From Macrostomum hystrix (Eukaryota > Animalia > Platyhelminthes): DNA of 64,000 nucleotides. Under the pieces are notes generated by a model. The model was not told where the DNA came from and searched no databases. It saw only the letters and a list, made by a program, of their open reading frames with translations. Positions within the stretch are counted from its first letter, which is position 1, and each line of letters begins with the position of its first letter. Below, in pieces: positions 1 through 10,182 of this stretch. The stretch covers positions 744,001 to 808,000 of the forward strand of contig CATNEN010000030.1 in assembly GCA_950097015.1 (NCBI GenBank), read 5' to 3'. Both the position numbers and the translations under genes were made by a program.

Positions 1-392
1 CTCCCGTGTCTCATCTCTCCCGTGTCTAATCTCTCCCCTGTCTAATCTCTCCCCGTGTCTAATCTCTCCCCTGTCTAATCTCTCCCCTGTCTTATCTCTC
101 CCGTGTCTCATCTCTCTCGTGTCTAATCTCTCCCGTGTCTCATCTCTCCCGTGTCTAATCTCTCCCCTGTCTAATCTCTCCCCTGTCTAATCTCACCCGT
201 GTCTCATCGCTCTCGTGTCTCATCGCTCTCGTGTCTAATCTCTCCCGTGTCTAATCTCTCCCGTGTCTAATCTCTCCCCTGTCTCATCTCTCTCGTGTCT
301 AATCTCTCCCGTGTCTCATCTCTCCCGTGTCTAATCTCTCCCCTGTCTCATCTCTCCCGTGTCTCATCTCTCCCGTGTCTCATCCCTCCCTA
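1..392. repeat. Pyrimidine-rich minisatellite, 16-18 bp unit (CTAATCTCTCCCGTGT-like), runs off the window start
   Basis: Direct tandem repetition visible; unit resembles the 19-bp array at 22.5-27.1 kb. Confidence 0.95.
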
Positions 393-490
393 ATCTCATA
401 TTTATACAGTCAATGCGGCCCTCTGTCGTCTTTTAGGTTCTCTCTTTGGCCCGGCAGCAAATAAGTTTGCCTACCCCTGGTATAGAGAAT

Positions 491-762
491 AATAATAATA
501 ATTATATAATTGTTTACACCTGGCCCAATTCGAAGGCTGTTGAAGGCTGTCTACGGCTGTTCAGTCCATCGACTGGGGGGCGCCACACCCACCCTCAATT
601 ACCCCAGGCGATGCTGGTACCCATTTAACATCTGGGTGAACTTAATCAATGCAGGTCTAGAGTGTCATGGTAAATGACACTATTTGTTCTAGTGGAGTCG
701 GGAATCGAACCCCCGACCTTCAAGTCACGAGTCCAACGCTGTAACCACTAGGCTACAACCCC
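491..762 (-). mobile_element. tRNA-derived CORE-type SINE (family B), full length with target-site duplication
   Basis: Minus strand has box A (TAGCCTAGTGG), box B (GGTTCGATTCC), a CORE-like centre (GTGTCATTTACCATGACACT...CACCCAGATGTTAAATGGGTACC) and an (ATT)n tail. A 10-bp direct repeat TATAGAGAAT flanks it at 481-490 and 763-772. Confidence 0.85.
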
Positions 763-1426
763 TATAGAGAATTAACAGAGCAGTGTTAAATGTGACACTG
801 TGTTAGGTACCAAAATAGGAATAATAAACAAAGTACAAATCAGATTTAATTAATACATTTCTTCATCTGTTTAAGTGTGTATTGGCAAATTCAGTCAAAT
901 AGATTTGCTAAAATCAGCCTAACTCAATATTAATTTGGTTTGGTATATAAATAGGCTAACAGAGGCTCAATAAACATAATACGGCAGGTAACTAGTTTTA
1001 CAAAAAATACACCAAAAAAATTTAGATGCTAATATACAACATAGATTTACTTTAACAAATTTACCTTGACCAGTATAATCGAATTGCATTAACTAGACGA
1101 GTTTGCTACATGTAGTCACACATTGTGTATCTATATTACTCGTATTTATCTTTGCATATATACAGACGCATGCACGACAGACAAGCCAGGCCCCGAATAA
1201 TATTATATAATATAATACAAAAGGACTACTATTCACCTAGTCATAGGTGCACGTAGTAACACACTATTAATCAATAAATAACGCGGAACTGTTTGTAGGT
1301 TGTATTCAGAGATATACTTGAATATAAAATTGATAACATGTGGCTGAGTATAGCCTAATTACTAGGGTCTCATTTCACAAGGTATTCTAACGCGTGTTTA
1401 ATTTTGCTAAACACATGGCACTCAAC

Positions 1427-2078
1427 GAGAAAGGAGCTGGAGTGACAGTAGAGAAGGGAGCTGGAGTGACAGTGAAGAAGGGAGCTGGAGTGACAGTAGA
1501 GAAGGGAGCTGGAGTGACAGTGAAGAAGGGAGCTGGAGTGACAGTAGAGAAGGGAGCTGGAGTGACAGTGAAGAAGGGAGCTGGAGTGACAGTAGAGAAG
1601 GGAGCTGGAGTGACAGTAGAGAAGGGAGCCAGAGTGACAGTGAAGAAGGGAGCTGGAGTGACAGTAGAGAAGGGAGCTAGAGTGACAGTAGAGAAGGGAG
1701 CTGGAGTGACAGTAGAGAAGGAAGCCAGAGTGACAGTAGAGAAGGGAGCTGGAGTGACAGTAGAGAAGGAAGCCAGAGTGACAGTAGAGAAGGAAGCCAG
1801 AGTGACAGTAGAGAAGGGAGCTGGAGTGACAGTAGAGAAGGGAGCTGGAGTGACAGTAGAGAAGGAAGCCAGAGTGACAGTAGAGAAGGGAGCTGGAGTG
1901 ACAGTGAAGAAGGGAGCTGGAGTGACAGTAGAGAAGGAAGCTAGAGTGACAGTAGAGAAGGAAGCTAGAGTGACAGTAGAGAAGGAAGCCAGAGTGACAG
2001 TAGAGAAGGAAGCCAGAGTGACAGTAGAGAAGGGAGCTGGAGTGACAGTGAAGAAGGGAGCTGGAGTGACAGTGCAGT
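1427..2078. repeat. 24-bp minisatellite (GAGAAGGGAGCTGGAGTGACAGTA)
   Basis: Tandem units; accounts for the EKGAGVTV repeat ORF 1394..2080. Confidence 0.95.
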
Positions 2079-2373
2079 GATGGTTGGGTTTTGTGGTTAG
2101 AGTAGTGAACTTTTAATCAAGTGGCGGTCATTTCAGTCCATGGACTGAACAGATGTACACAGCCTTTCGGATGCGTTGGGCAATGGCTGCACCTGTGCTA
2201 GTGGCACGAAATTCACTAAAAAAAGATATTTAAGCTATTAAACGTAATTAAAAAGTACAATCAAATTTTTTAGAAAAAATATATAAAGTGACTTACAATA
2301 AATGTCAACTCACACTATTTCAACGCAAGAAGTCATGTATCATTTATCAGAGCAGAATTTTGTTCGCGCGTGT

Positions 2374-2650
2374 TCACCGACTGTGACAGCACAGTTCCAG
2401 CCAGGCTGTGGCGCAGATGCCAAACCTGCGGCGAATCATTCTTGACAGGAGATTGAGCAGAATGTCAAACAAGCTGGCGTCGTTGCGAGACAATTCCTGC
2501 CAGGTTGTCCCGGCTGTAATTAAGGATAGCTGCAGGCCCAGCTCAATGCTGAGTAGGGCTACGCAAGTGGAGATTAGGGCGCAGCCGCTGGCAGCCGCAG
2601 AGTGCAGACCGTCGTAGTAGAGAAAGCGACAATCGGCCGGCAGAAGAAAC
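2374..2650 (-). CDS. ZDHHC23: DHHC palmitoyltransferase, last coding exon (W-FLLPADCRFLYYDG...ELCCHSR*)
   Basis: AG acceptor at 2652-2651 is phase-compatible with the GTGAGT donor at 3084 (TG|G = Trp). Open frame encodes TM4 and a TTWQE (TTxE-like) motif; stop at 2374-2376. Not in the ORF track. Symbol is a best-recall subfamily assignment. Confidence 0.8.
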
Positions 2651-2754
2651 CTTTGAACAGTTCAGTCATGTGAGGATCAGAGTGAGAAACAATCAGTGTG
2701 ACAGCAAGTGGAACAGTTGCACATATTGCCCGGCTTTTTCAAAGGCTGTGTACA

Positions 2755-2970
2755 GCTGTGCAATTTACGCCCTTGAGGGCCAACCTCCAAGGCACAGTGA
2801 GAGTGTACACTGCCTGACGATGAGAATGTCAGGGCAGATGTACGCACCTGTGTGAGCGGATGCCTGCGTACAGTATCTGTGTGCGTGTGAGCTCGAGAGT
2901 CAGGGGTCTAGTGCCAACAAATGATGTGCCATTTCCGGCAGCCCTCCTGCAATTATTATTATTATTAATT
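2755..2970 (+). mobile_element. SINE family A, 5'-truncated copy in the ZDHHC intron
   Basis: Close match to the body of the 12468 copy (GTGCAATTTACGCCCTTGAGGGCCAACCTCCAAGGCACAGTGA...); ends GCAGCCCTCCTGCA(ATT)n. Confidence 0.85.
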
Positions 2971-3084
2971 ACTCCCAGTGGGAATACAGTGAGAGTGAGA
3001 GTGTAGATTCAAATTTTTTCTATCCGGTTTATTCCTAGCGGAGACCAACTGATTTTACGAACAATTACGCAACGATTCACTCAC

Positions 3085-3692
3085 CAATCTAGGTAGATAG
3101 CAGGTGTACAAATAGACGTTGCTGTCAACTGAACGCCATAGTAACCGGTTGCTATGCAAAGCGCCAACGTGATCAGATAAGACCTTCGATTAGACCTGCC
3201 AACGCAGCAGTCCAGCCACCAGCAGTGGTGGTCCAGCTGTTGAACGGAGCGTTCGCAGAAAGCGCACACGTCGGAGCCGCTGCCGTCGACGCTGCCACCG
3301 ACGCTGCCAGTTTCAATGGCATCGTCAACCGGTAGCAAGGACGCCGCCCTGGTTCGCCTAATCGATAAGCAGGTGAGAATACACAATAGATTTAAAGACA
3401 AGTGCTCCCATAATAGGACAACGCGTAGTATAGCAGACACTGTGGCCAGGCACAGGTAGCCAAGGCCAATAGTGGCACACGTGACTGCGAACAAAGCCGG
3501 GCATCGGGTTCGATTAGCTCTGAACCGTCTGACAGCCAATAGCAGGCTAGCTGGTGCGGCTAGGCAGACAAACAGGCTAAGCAGCGGATGCAGGCTGCCA
3601 ATTAGGAGAGTGCCGCCAACTCCAACAATGGCTAGGGTGCAGGCGCAACCGCTTGGTGATTGGCCACCGCCGCGTCTGTGCCAATCGGACAT
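3085..3692 (-). CDS. ZDHHC23: DHHC palmitoyltransferase, first coding exon (TM helices plus DHHC domain)
   Basis: LDHHCWWLDCCVGRSN motif; downstream YGVQLTATSICT recalls ZDHHC23-type proteins; GTGAGT donor at 3084; upstream TTTCAG acceptor at 3769-3768. Confidence 0.85.
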
Positions 3693-4654
3693 TTGTTCAA
3701 CTGATTAGAGAAGTCAGCTGATTGGCCAGCAGACTTTTCTCTGTGCTTGTTCAATGGCAAGAGTTACCTGAAAGTAAACAAACATTTAATCCAACTTATT
3801 ACGAATATTGTTATAATTTTTAATGCAAACAAATTACTATTTTTATCTATAAAGCGAAATATCACGTAATTGAATTGCAGATTCTTTGCAATCAAGTAAT
3901 ACCGCTATGAAAATAGCCTATTTCCTTCCCCCTGACAATGATTTGTGCTGCACCCGATTGGAGCAATGCAAGCACACGAAACTCAAAACACGGGCCAAAT
4001 TTATGTTAGTGCATCTTCTGATATAAGAATCAAGTCGCCAGCCCTACAGACTATCGAGATATTCAACAGTTCTAGCTGAAAGTCAGATGTTTCCCATAAG
4101 AGCTAGTGTATTTCATACACCCCACCCAAAACAGGAATTCGCACTGCACCTCAGTGAGGCCTTGACAGGCCTTCAAACTTTATCAGCATGCAGTCATGCA
4201 CTCAAATGTGCCTGCATCATCTCTGACTTTGGTGGCCATTGAATTTTATCTAGACCTAGCTGCCAGACCCTTAGGGGCTGGATATTTTAAATTCCATCAC
4301 TACACTAGCATATATGATATCTGATTGGTTTGTCTTAGCTGCCAAATACTGTCTCATATTCTTGGCTCTTACACTATGGTAGAAATCTTGTATACAGTTT
4401 CGACCATAAAAGCAAGCAATAGGACTATAGGGATTATAGAGGGATTATAGGACACAATCATATTGACAAACTCCTAAATTATCAACAACATATATAGTGT
4501 AGAATAGCATTACTGTTCTAACAAACTGTACTAGTCTGTTTTCAAGTTATGCAAAGCCTTATTACATATAACTTTCCAGATAATTTTTTAATTGCAATCT
4601 TAAAAAATTGAGCATAAATCCTAGACAACAACTTTTATATAATTCTTCTATAGG

Positions 4655-4744
4655 CAATAGCATATCATTTGGTAACATTTGGCCCATAGCCAGCAGAGGC
4701 AATTCTGCCCATTTATGGAGACTCCTAAGCACACACACACACAC

Positions 4745-4783
<39 letters not shown>

Positions 4784-4930
4784 ATATATTAGCTATACAT
4801 GGGCACACACTCACAGGGGTGTACATCTGCCCTAGCTTTCTCATAATCAAACAGTATACACATTAACTTATGCCATATTCATTGAGGTTGGCCCTCAAGA
4901 ACACAAATTGCACTACAAGACCCCTAGCCC
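4655..4930 (-). mobile_element. SINE family A, diverged copy with expanded (TG)n
   Basis: Reverse complement contains CTTGAGGGCCAACCTC, GAGAAAGCTAGGGCAGATGTACAC and AAATGGGCAGAATTGCCTC, shared with the 12468 copy; (CA)n at 4729-4780. Confidence 0.75.
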
Positions 4931-6943
4931 TGTGTTTTGCAACTATGTACCAAATTATTATGGCCTTACCATGGAGTTGAGCTCATATATCTTAGTGCAA
5001 GAGGCAAACACATTATACTACAGTGATACAAACCTCTGTATTTATATATTTTATTTCAATATGAAAGAAGTGATAAAATTGCTTTCTTTCTAAGAAAATG
5101 TGATATTCTGTAATTTAATAAAGCAATTATATTAGGTAGCAATTTTTATATATTACAATTTTATTTTTTAGCATACATTTCTCAACTATTATTATTTTTA
5201 TAATTTAGTATTATTAATTATCTTGTTTTTTATACACACAACAAAGTTATATTGATAATATAGCCAGTCTCAATATTTTACTCTACTGTATATGAGCATT
5301 TAGCATAATTGGAGAAAAACAATCTCTTGTTTTAAGAAAAAAAGTCGATGAATATTTAGATTTGGTTTATAGGCCTAGTATATTTTAAAGTATTAAAATT
5401 AGAAAAAAACTAGTTTGTTAATCATTTTTGGTTAAAAAATTAGCTTGCCTTAGACTTGGCTAAAATATAATAAACCTTTATGAATTATCAATTAAGAATA
5501 GACCTAGTTGGATTTGTCAAAGGAAGATAAGAGGCCAGATCTTGGGAGAATATTATTCAGAATTTCATATAATAAGGAAGAGAGTAAAATTGTAAAACCA
5601 ATCTCAAATTTGTGATTTAAGAGTATGGTATAAAAAACTACTAATTCCGTAGAGTGTGTAAAGTAAGACTAAGTGAATAATATCCACCAGGCCTAGCTAT
5701 AATATAGAGTGACGCATTAGCTAGCTATTCATAATACAATATATGAGGGCAGCGTAAATTATCAAATATTTCAAAAGTTGAATTGGCGCGACATAATTTT
5801 ACCGTATACATTTTGTTTAAATAGGTCCGTGTTTTAGTGGGGTACGCCACCCCAATTTTATTATATAAAATACAGGGAGAATTTGAGGAAGAAAGTAACC
5901 GTCGAACTCCCGACCTTCCTCACTCATTTCACTTAGGCACAGTTTCAAGTGCAGAGCGACAAGAAAAATCCAGATAGAACCGTTTTCATAGCTCTAGCTT
6001 GTCAACCATGACAACACCTAGGTTTTAGGTGCTTGTCGAGCTAGTTTATACTCTTGAGAGTATCCTTCCTTAGGGCCTTAGGCTAGGTTAGTTTCATCCT
6101 CTCCTCCTCCTTTTTAAGGAAGCTTTTTCTCTCCTCATGAGAGGATCGCCCTCTCTCCCTGCGCCCTGCTGCGCCCCTTGCCCTCTGCCCCTGCGCCTTG
6201 CTGCGCCCCATGCCCTCTGCCCCTGCGCCTTGCTGCGCCCCCTTGCCTGTGCCCCTTGCCCTTTGTCCTGCGCCCCCTGTCCGTGCCCCCCTGTCCGTGG
6301 ACTACGCTTTCCCGTGCGTACCTCCACTGTGCTAGCTAACCCTATCGCCTGTGCTTGAATTGGACCCCTCTCTTCTTTCGTCCATTCTTACTCTAGTACC
6401 TATCTTTGCTCACCTGTATCCTGCATCTTTCTTCATTATCTGCTCTACCGACGCGACAATCCCTTAAAGTTTTAAGGAATTTTCTTGCATTTTTTAGTTT
6501 TAAATAGTAGTATATACAGTTTTATACAGTTTTATTTTTATTCATTTATTTATAAAAAAGAATATAACAGTTTAGACATGCAGCAAAACAATAAGAAGCA
6601 GACCCAACCCCAGAACCAGCACCAAAAGGACAAACGTCAACGACAATCGACCAATGCGACGACTAAGGCCATACTAGAACCGGACGATAAGAAAGCCAGA
6701 CGCCAATCCAGTTAATCCGGTATACCGAAGCCGACGCAGACCGAGGCCAGCACGGTTCCAAAGCAAATCGCCGCCTCAGTAAGTCCAATGGACACCTCCA
6801 ACAACTCCTCCAGTAGGCCATCTTCAGTAGAACAGGCACGGCCGTCCGAAGGTGTTTCACCTACTCACAATCAAACTCATAACTATGATCATCCTCTAAT
6901 CTCGACTAAAGGCTTTTTCTCCAAGCTCCTCATTGGAAACACG

Positions 6944-7477
6944 TGTCCAATCTCTTACTATCCGCACGCCTTCAAAGATATCGCCAACGACCTTCTAACA
7001 ACTCTCACCACTGACATCCTTCCTCTTGCCTCACGCCATCACGCCAACGGACGTGTCCGAACCTCGCAAGATCTTTTGGTACGGCCACCTTACACTTACT
7101 CTGGTGAAACTATCCAGGGTAATTCCAATTCGCATCCAGTCGTGTCCAACCTTGCAAGTCTCCTGCACACTCAACTAGGGCTTCCAGCCTTCAACTCTTG
7201 TCTAGTTAACTTCTATGAAAATGGCAATGACTCGATCGGTTATCTCTCGGATGACGAACCCGAGCTCGGTCAGAATCCTACCATCGCCTCAATCTCTATC
7301 GGTGCTCCACGTGAATTCCACATTCGTTCCAAATCCTCTGGTCTCTCACTCTTCACACAAACCTTAGCACATGGATCGCTGCTCATTATGAAAGGCGACA
7401 CCCAAACTCACACACAGCACGCTCTTCCTCGTGATCCTTCCATCAAAGATCTTCGCATCAACCTCAACTTTCGCGTC
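6944..7477 (+). other. AlkB-family (ALKBH2/3-like) 2OG-Fe(II) dioxygenase domain
   Basis: YTYSG, FNSCLVNFY, DSIGY[L]SDDEPELG, IASISIGAPREF, LAHGSLLIMKG, TQHALP and RINLNFR match the ALKBH2/3 signature; first iron-binding His replaced by Leu (CTC at 7244-7246). Confidence 0.9.
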
Positions 7478-7926
7478 ACATCACCAGCAATTCACGATAT
7501 CACAATTCTCCAAGGTCAAGGTAACCCTGACCCTGACGCCGTCGACCACAAAGGGGCGCATCATCTCCTGACGGATGATCTGAAGACCACCACCATTGAA
7601 GTTCAAGGTGTCGAGCGCCGCTTGCCCCTGCGCAAGCCTGCTGCTCCACCAAACTCCAAGCCATGTCTTCCCACTAGCATCTCAACGCCAAGGAGCCACT
7701 CGTTCATCATTAAGAATTTCTAGAACGTGTCAAGGCTTCAGAACCAAGGATCAGTGGTGTTGTCAGGATCAGGTCCGCAGCAACCAACGAGCCCACCACC
7801 CTGGTCCGAGCTTTTACTCTAAACGACGGCACAATGTCCAGATGTCTCACCAATGGTATCAAAGTTGGCTACTTCTTGTACAAGTGCGAAGAATCCAGAG
7901 CGCCGCCACCGCTTCGAGCGACCCAA

Positions 7927-8088
7927 TGCCATCACTGCCAAGCCTTTGGACATCTGGCAAGGCAATGTACTAGGGAGTCACGTTGCCGGAAGTGCGGCTA
8001 CTCCCATGAGCCGAATCAGGTCTGCCCAGTTGAAGCCGCGCGCTGTCCCAACTGCCGCGGGCCACACCAGTCGACAAGCAAACTTTGC
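7927..8088 (+). other. Three gag-type zinc knuckles (CX2CX4HX4C, CX2CX3HX5C, CX2CX3HX6C)
   Basis: CHHCQAFGHLARQC-TRESR-CRKCGYSHEPNQVC-PVEAAR-CPNCRGPHQSTSKLC; spacing typical of I/Jockey-group ORF1. Confidence 0.9.
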
Positions 8089-8685
8089 CCGGCTTATATA
8101 GCCGCGAACCAGCGAGTCCAAGCCTGGGTTCAGCGTAACCGACCCCAGCTGGCACGCACAACGCCATTGGCTAACCAGCCAGCCAACCAATCCTTGCATC
8201 AGGTATCTGTAGGTCTCTTGCCTTCAGGTATTGGCCAACAACCCTTAGGCATTCGGCCGGATCAACCTTGCCTTAACCAACCACAGCGCACCTACGCTAG
8301 TGTCGCATCCGACAAGCCGATTGGAGGCGGCAACCAAGCCCACCCGCCAATCGTATAGCGGCCCAAAAGTCAGCAGTGGAGAGCTCCTCCAGGTGGTCGC
8401 CTGTATGCTAGTCCACTTCGCCTATGCCAGTCCTGGGCAGCGGAGTGTCACCAGCCTGGTCGAGACTGCGGCCAAGCTGGTGGAGGCGATCACAGGCTGG
8501 ACATCGCCGGAGCTGACCACGGCCGTGATCACTGAAAGATGTGAGAATTTAAAGGACAATTCATTAAACTATTTAAATTTATTAGTCTGTATACCTTAAC
8601 AAAGCCAGAAGTGAGACTTAAAATTCCCCCTACTCCTACAACACCCTAGAAAGGCGAGAGTAAAAACAACAACAATTTCAAATTA

Positions 8686-8960
8686 GAAGAACCTACCATT
8701 CTCAAGTTAAATTGCAACAATATCCTTAACAAAATCTGGGAACTCAACGACTTCCTGAGAAGTCAATCCATAGATATAGCCCTCTTCTCGGAGACCTCAC
8801 CAGCTCAAACATAATCTTCTTCCCTGGCTACTCCACCATTCGGTTGGATATGCCACACATGTAGCCGAGGTCTCCTTGTGGCCTACAGAGAATATATTAA
8901 ACTATCGGAAGTAAAAGTCTCCTACGACAATGTCAACCATGAAATAATTTCTTTCAAAGG
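8686..8960 (+). pseudogene. LINE ORF2 N-terminus: APE-type endonuclease fragment
   Basis: Hand translation: ILKLNCNNILNKIWELNDFLRSQSIDIALFSET, then (frameshift) IFFPGYSTIRLD, then (frameshift) RGLLVAYREYI. These match the first APE motifs; the sequence breaks off near 8960. Confidence 0.8.
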
Positions 8961-10182
8961 TCCTGAGGCCAGCGACCTGAAGCTAGACTTTAAAACCATA
9001 GTGAAAAAAACTTACTGAAGTCTTTCAACGGTTTTACTTTTTCGTTTTAGCTGATCAGCTAGCTCGTACTTGATCGTACTTCTAAGAACAGCGCGCGAGT
9101 TACATCTCGCTTGATTGGACTGAGAGTTAATGTCAAGCTCAATAAGCATTGATGCAGTAACTAGAACATAGTTAGTACAGGACAGAGCTCGCTATGTACT
9201 AATACATAGTCGCAGCCGAAATTAACTTCAAATAATAGTCCAGTCCTGTATAATGGAACGACCAAAATGCTGCATCACGACACACTTTTAATTTTTAGGT
9301 GAAGAGAAAAGCCTTTCATAAATTTGTGATTCCACTATAGCAGATTCTGCTTCTATAGGCCGAGATATTGGCCTGATCTGGTATAGCACTTTGGTGAGCG
9401 CATTGCTAAGTGAGTAGGCAGTCCTTCTCAGTGCTTCATAGAGGTCCCAAGCTCGTGTAGCTGCATTCGTTTCGTTTCGACGACCGATATGTAACTTGCT
9501 GCTCAAAATGATCTCAAATTTGTTTCCAGCCTAGCTGCAGCAGGTAAGGCAGATCAAAGAAAAATGATGGCGGGGATTATAGCAGCTGCACTAATTGGCC
9601 TGATGATCCTTTGTAGTTCTGTTGTCTATTAATGAGAATTCAGGTAAGATCCCGCATCAGGTTTGAATTGCTTAATTACTATGGCCTACCGTGCGCAGCC
9701 ATACATGGTCAGCGTCAGTTACTCTAAGTAAACTCATACAAAAGCACCTTAGTATCGCTTTTCAAAATAATGTCAGCAATAATTTATTGATTTGCTAAGC
9801 CGAGTGAAGAGCTCAATACAGTATTTGCGACTCATTGAAGCATACCAAGGTGTTTTTCATGTGATTGTTACTCAATAAAGGAAAACTCAGTTCTATGAAA
9901 ACTTTCATGGGCCAATAGTCCCCAATTTATCCAGCAGAAAGAGATATTCGCTTACAATTCGGCTACAGATTTAAAAGAATCGTTGTTTTTGCTTTGAGCC
10001 GGAAAAAGCTGCTGGCCTTGCATTTTTCGTCTCGTTGCTGGGTGGCCGGCCCAGCCAATGAGATTCGCCGCTCGGAAAGTAAAAAAAACTGTTGTTGCTA
10101 TAAGCGCACTAGCAGTGCCTGCAATCAGCTTAGCTAACTCTCGCTTCGTGTCAGTCCGTTATACCTGTCAAACTGCGCGTCC

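Larger units (their letters stand above)
6578..8599 (+). pseudogene. LINE ORF1: basic N-terminus, AlkB, RRM-like region, 3x CCHC, helical C-terminus
   Basis: ATG 6578 (MQQNNKK) is in frame with 6788..7723 apart from one TAA at 6713-6715. A frameshift near 7720 leads into LERVKASEPRISGVVRIRSAATNEPTTLVRAF...GIKVGY...QCHHCQAFGH; a second frameshift lies near 8340. Confidence 0.8.
5900..8960 (+). mobile_element. Decayed non-LTR retrotransposon (I/Jockey-group LINE) with an AlkB domain in ORF1; 3' part (RT) missing
   Basis: Gag-like ORF1 with three CCHC knuckles, followed by the APE endonuclease N-terminus; intronless; several stops and frameshifts; 5' boundary approximate. Confidence 0.85.

Noticed and set aside
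1394-2080. Repeat-protein ORFs (also 13463, 14228, 22422, 28290, 39109-39849, 41838, 49873, 53240-53888, 55768, 58556-61104)
   Set aside because: They are translations of stop-free tandem units; several lie inside MED13 introns.
6788-7723. Ordinary host ALKBH2/3 gene
   Set aside because: It is intronless, embedded in frame in a gag-like ORF with zinc knuckles and a downstream APE, and has retroelement-like base composition and multiple lesions.
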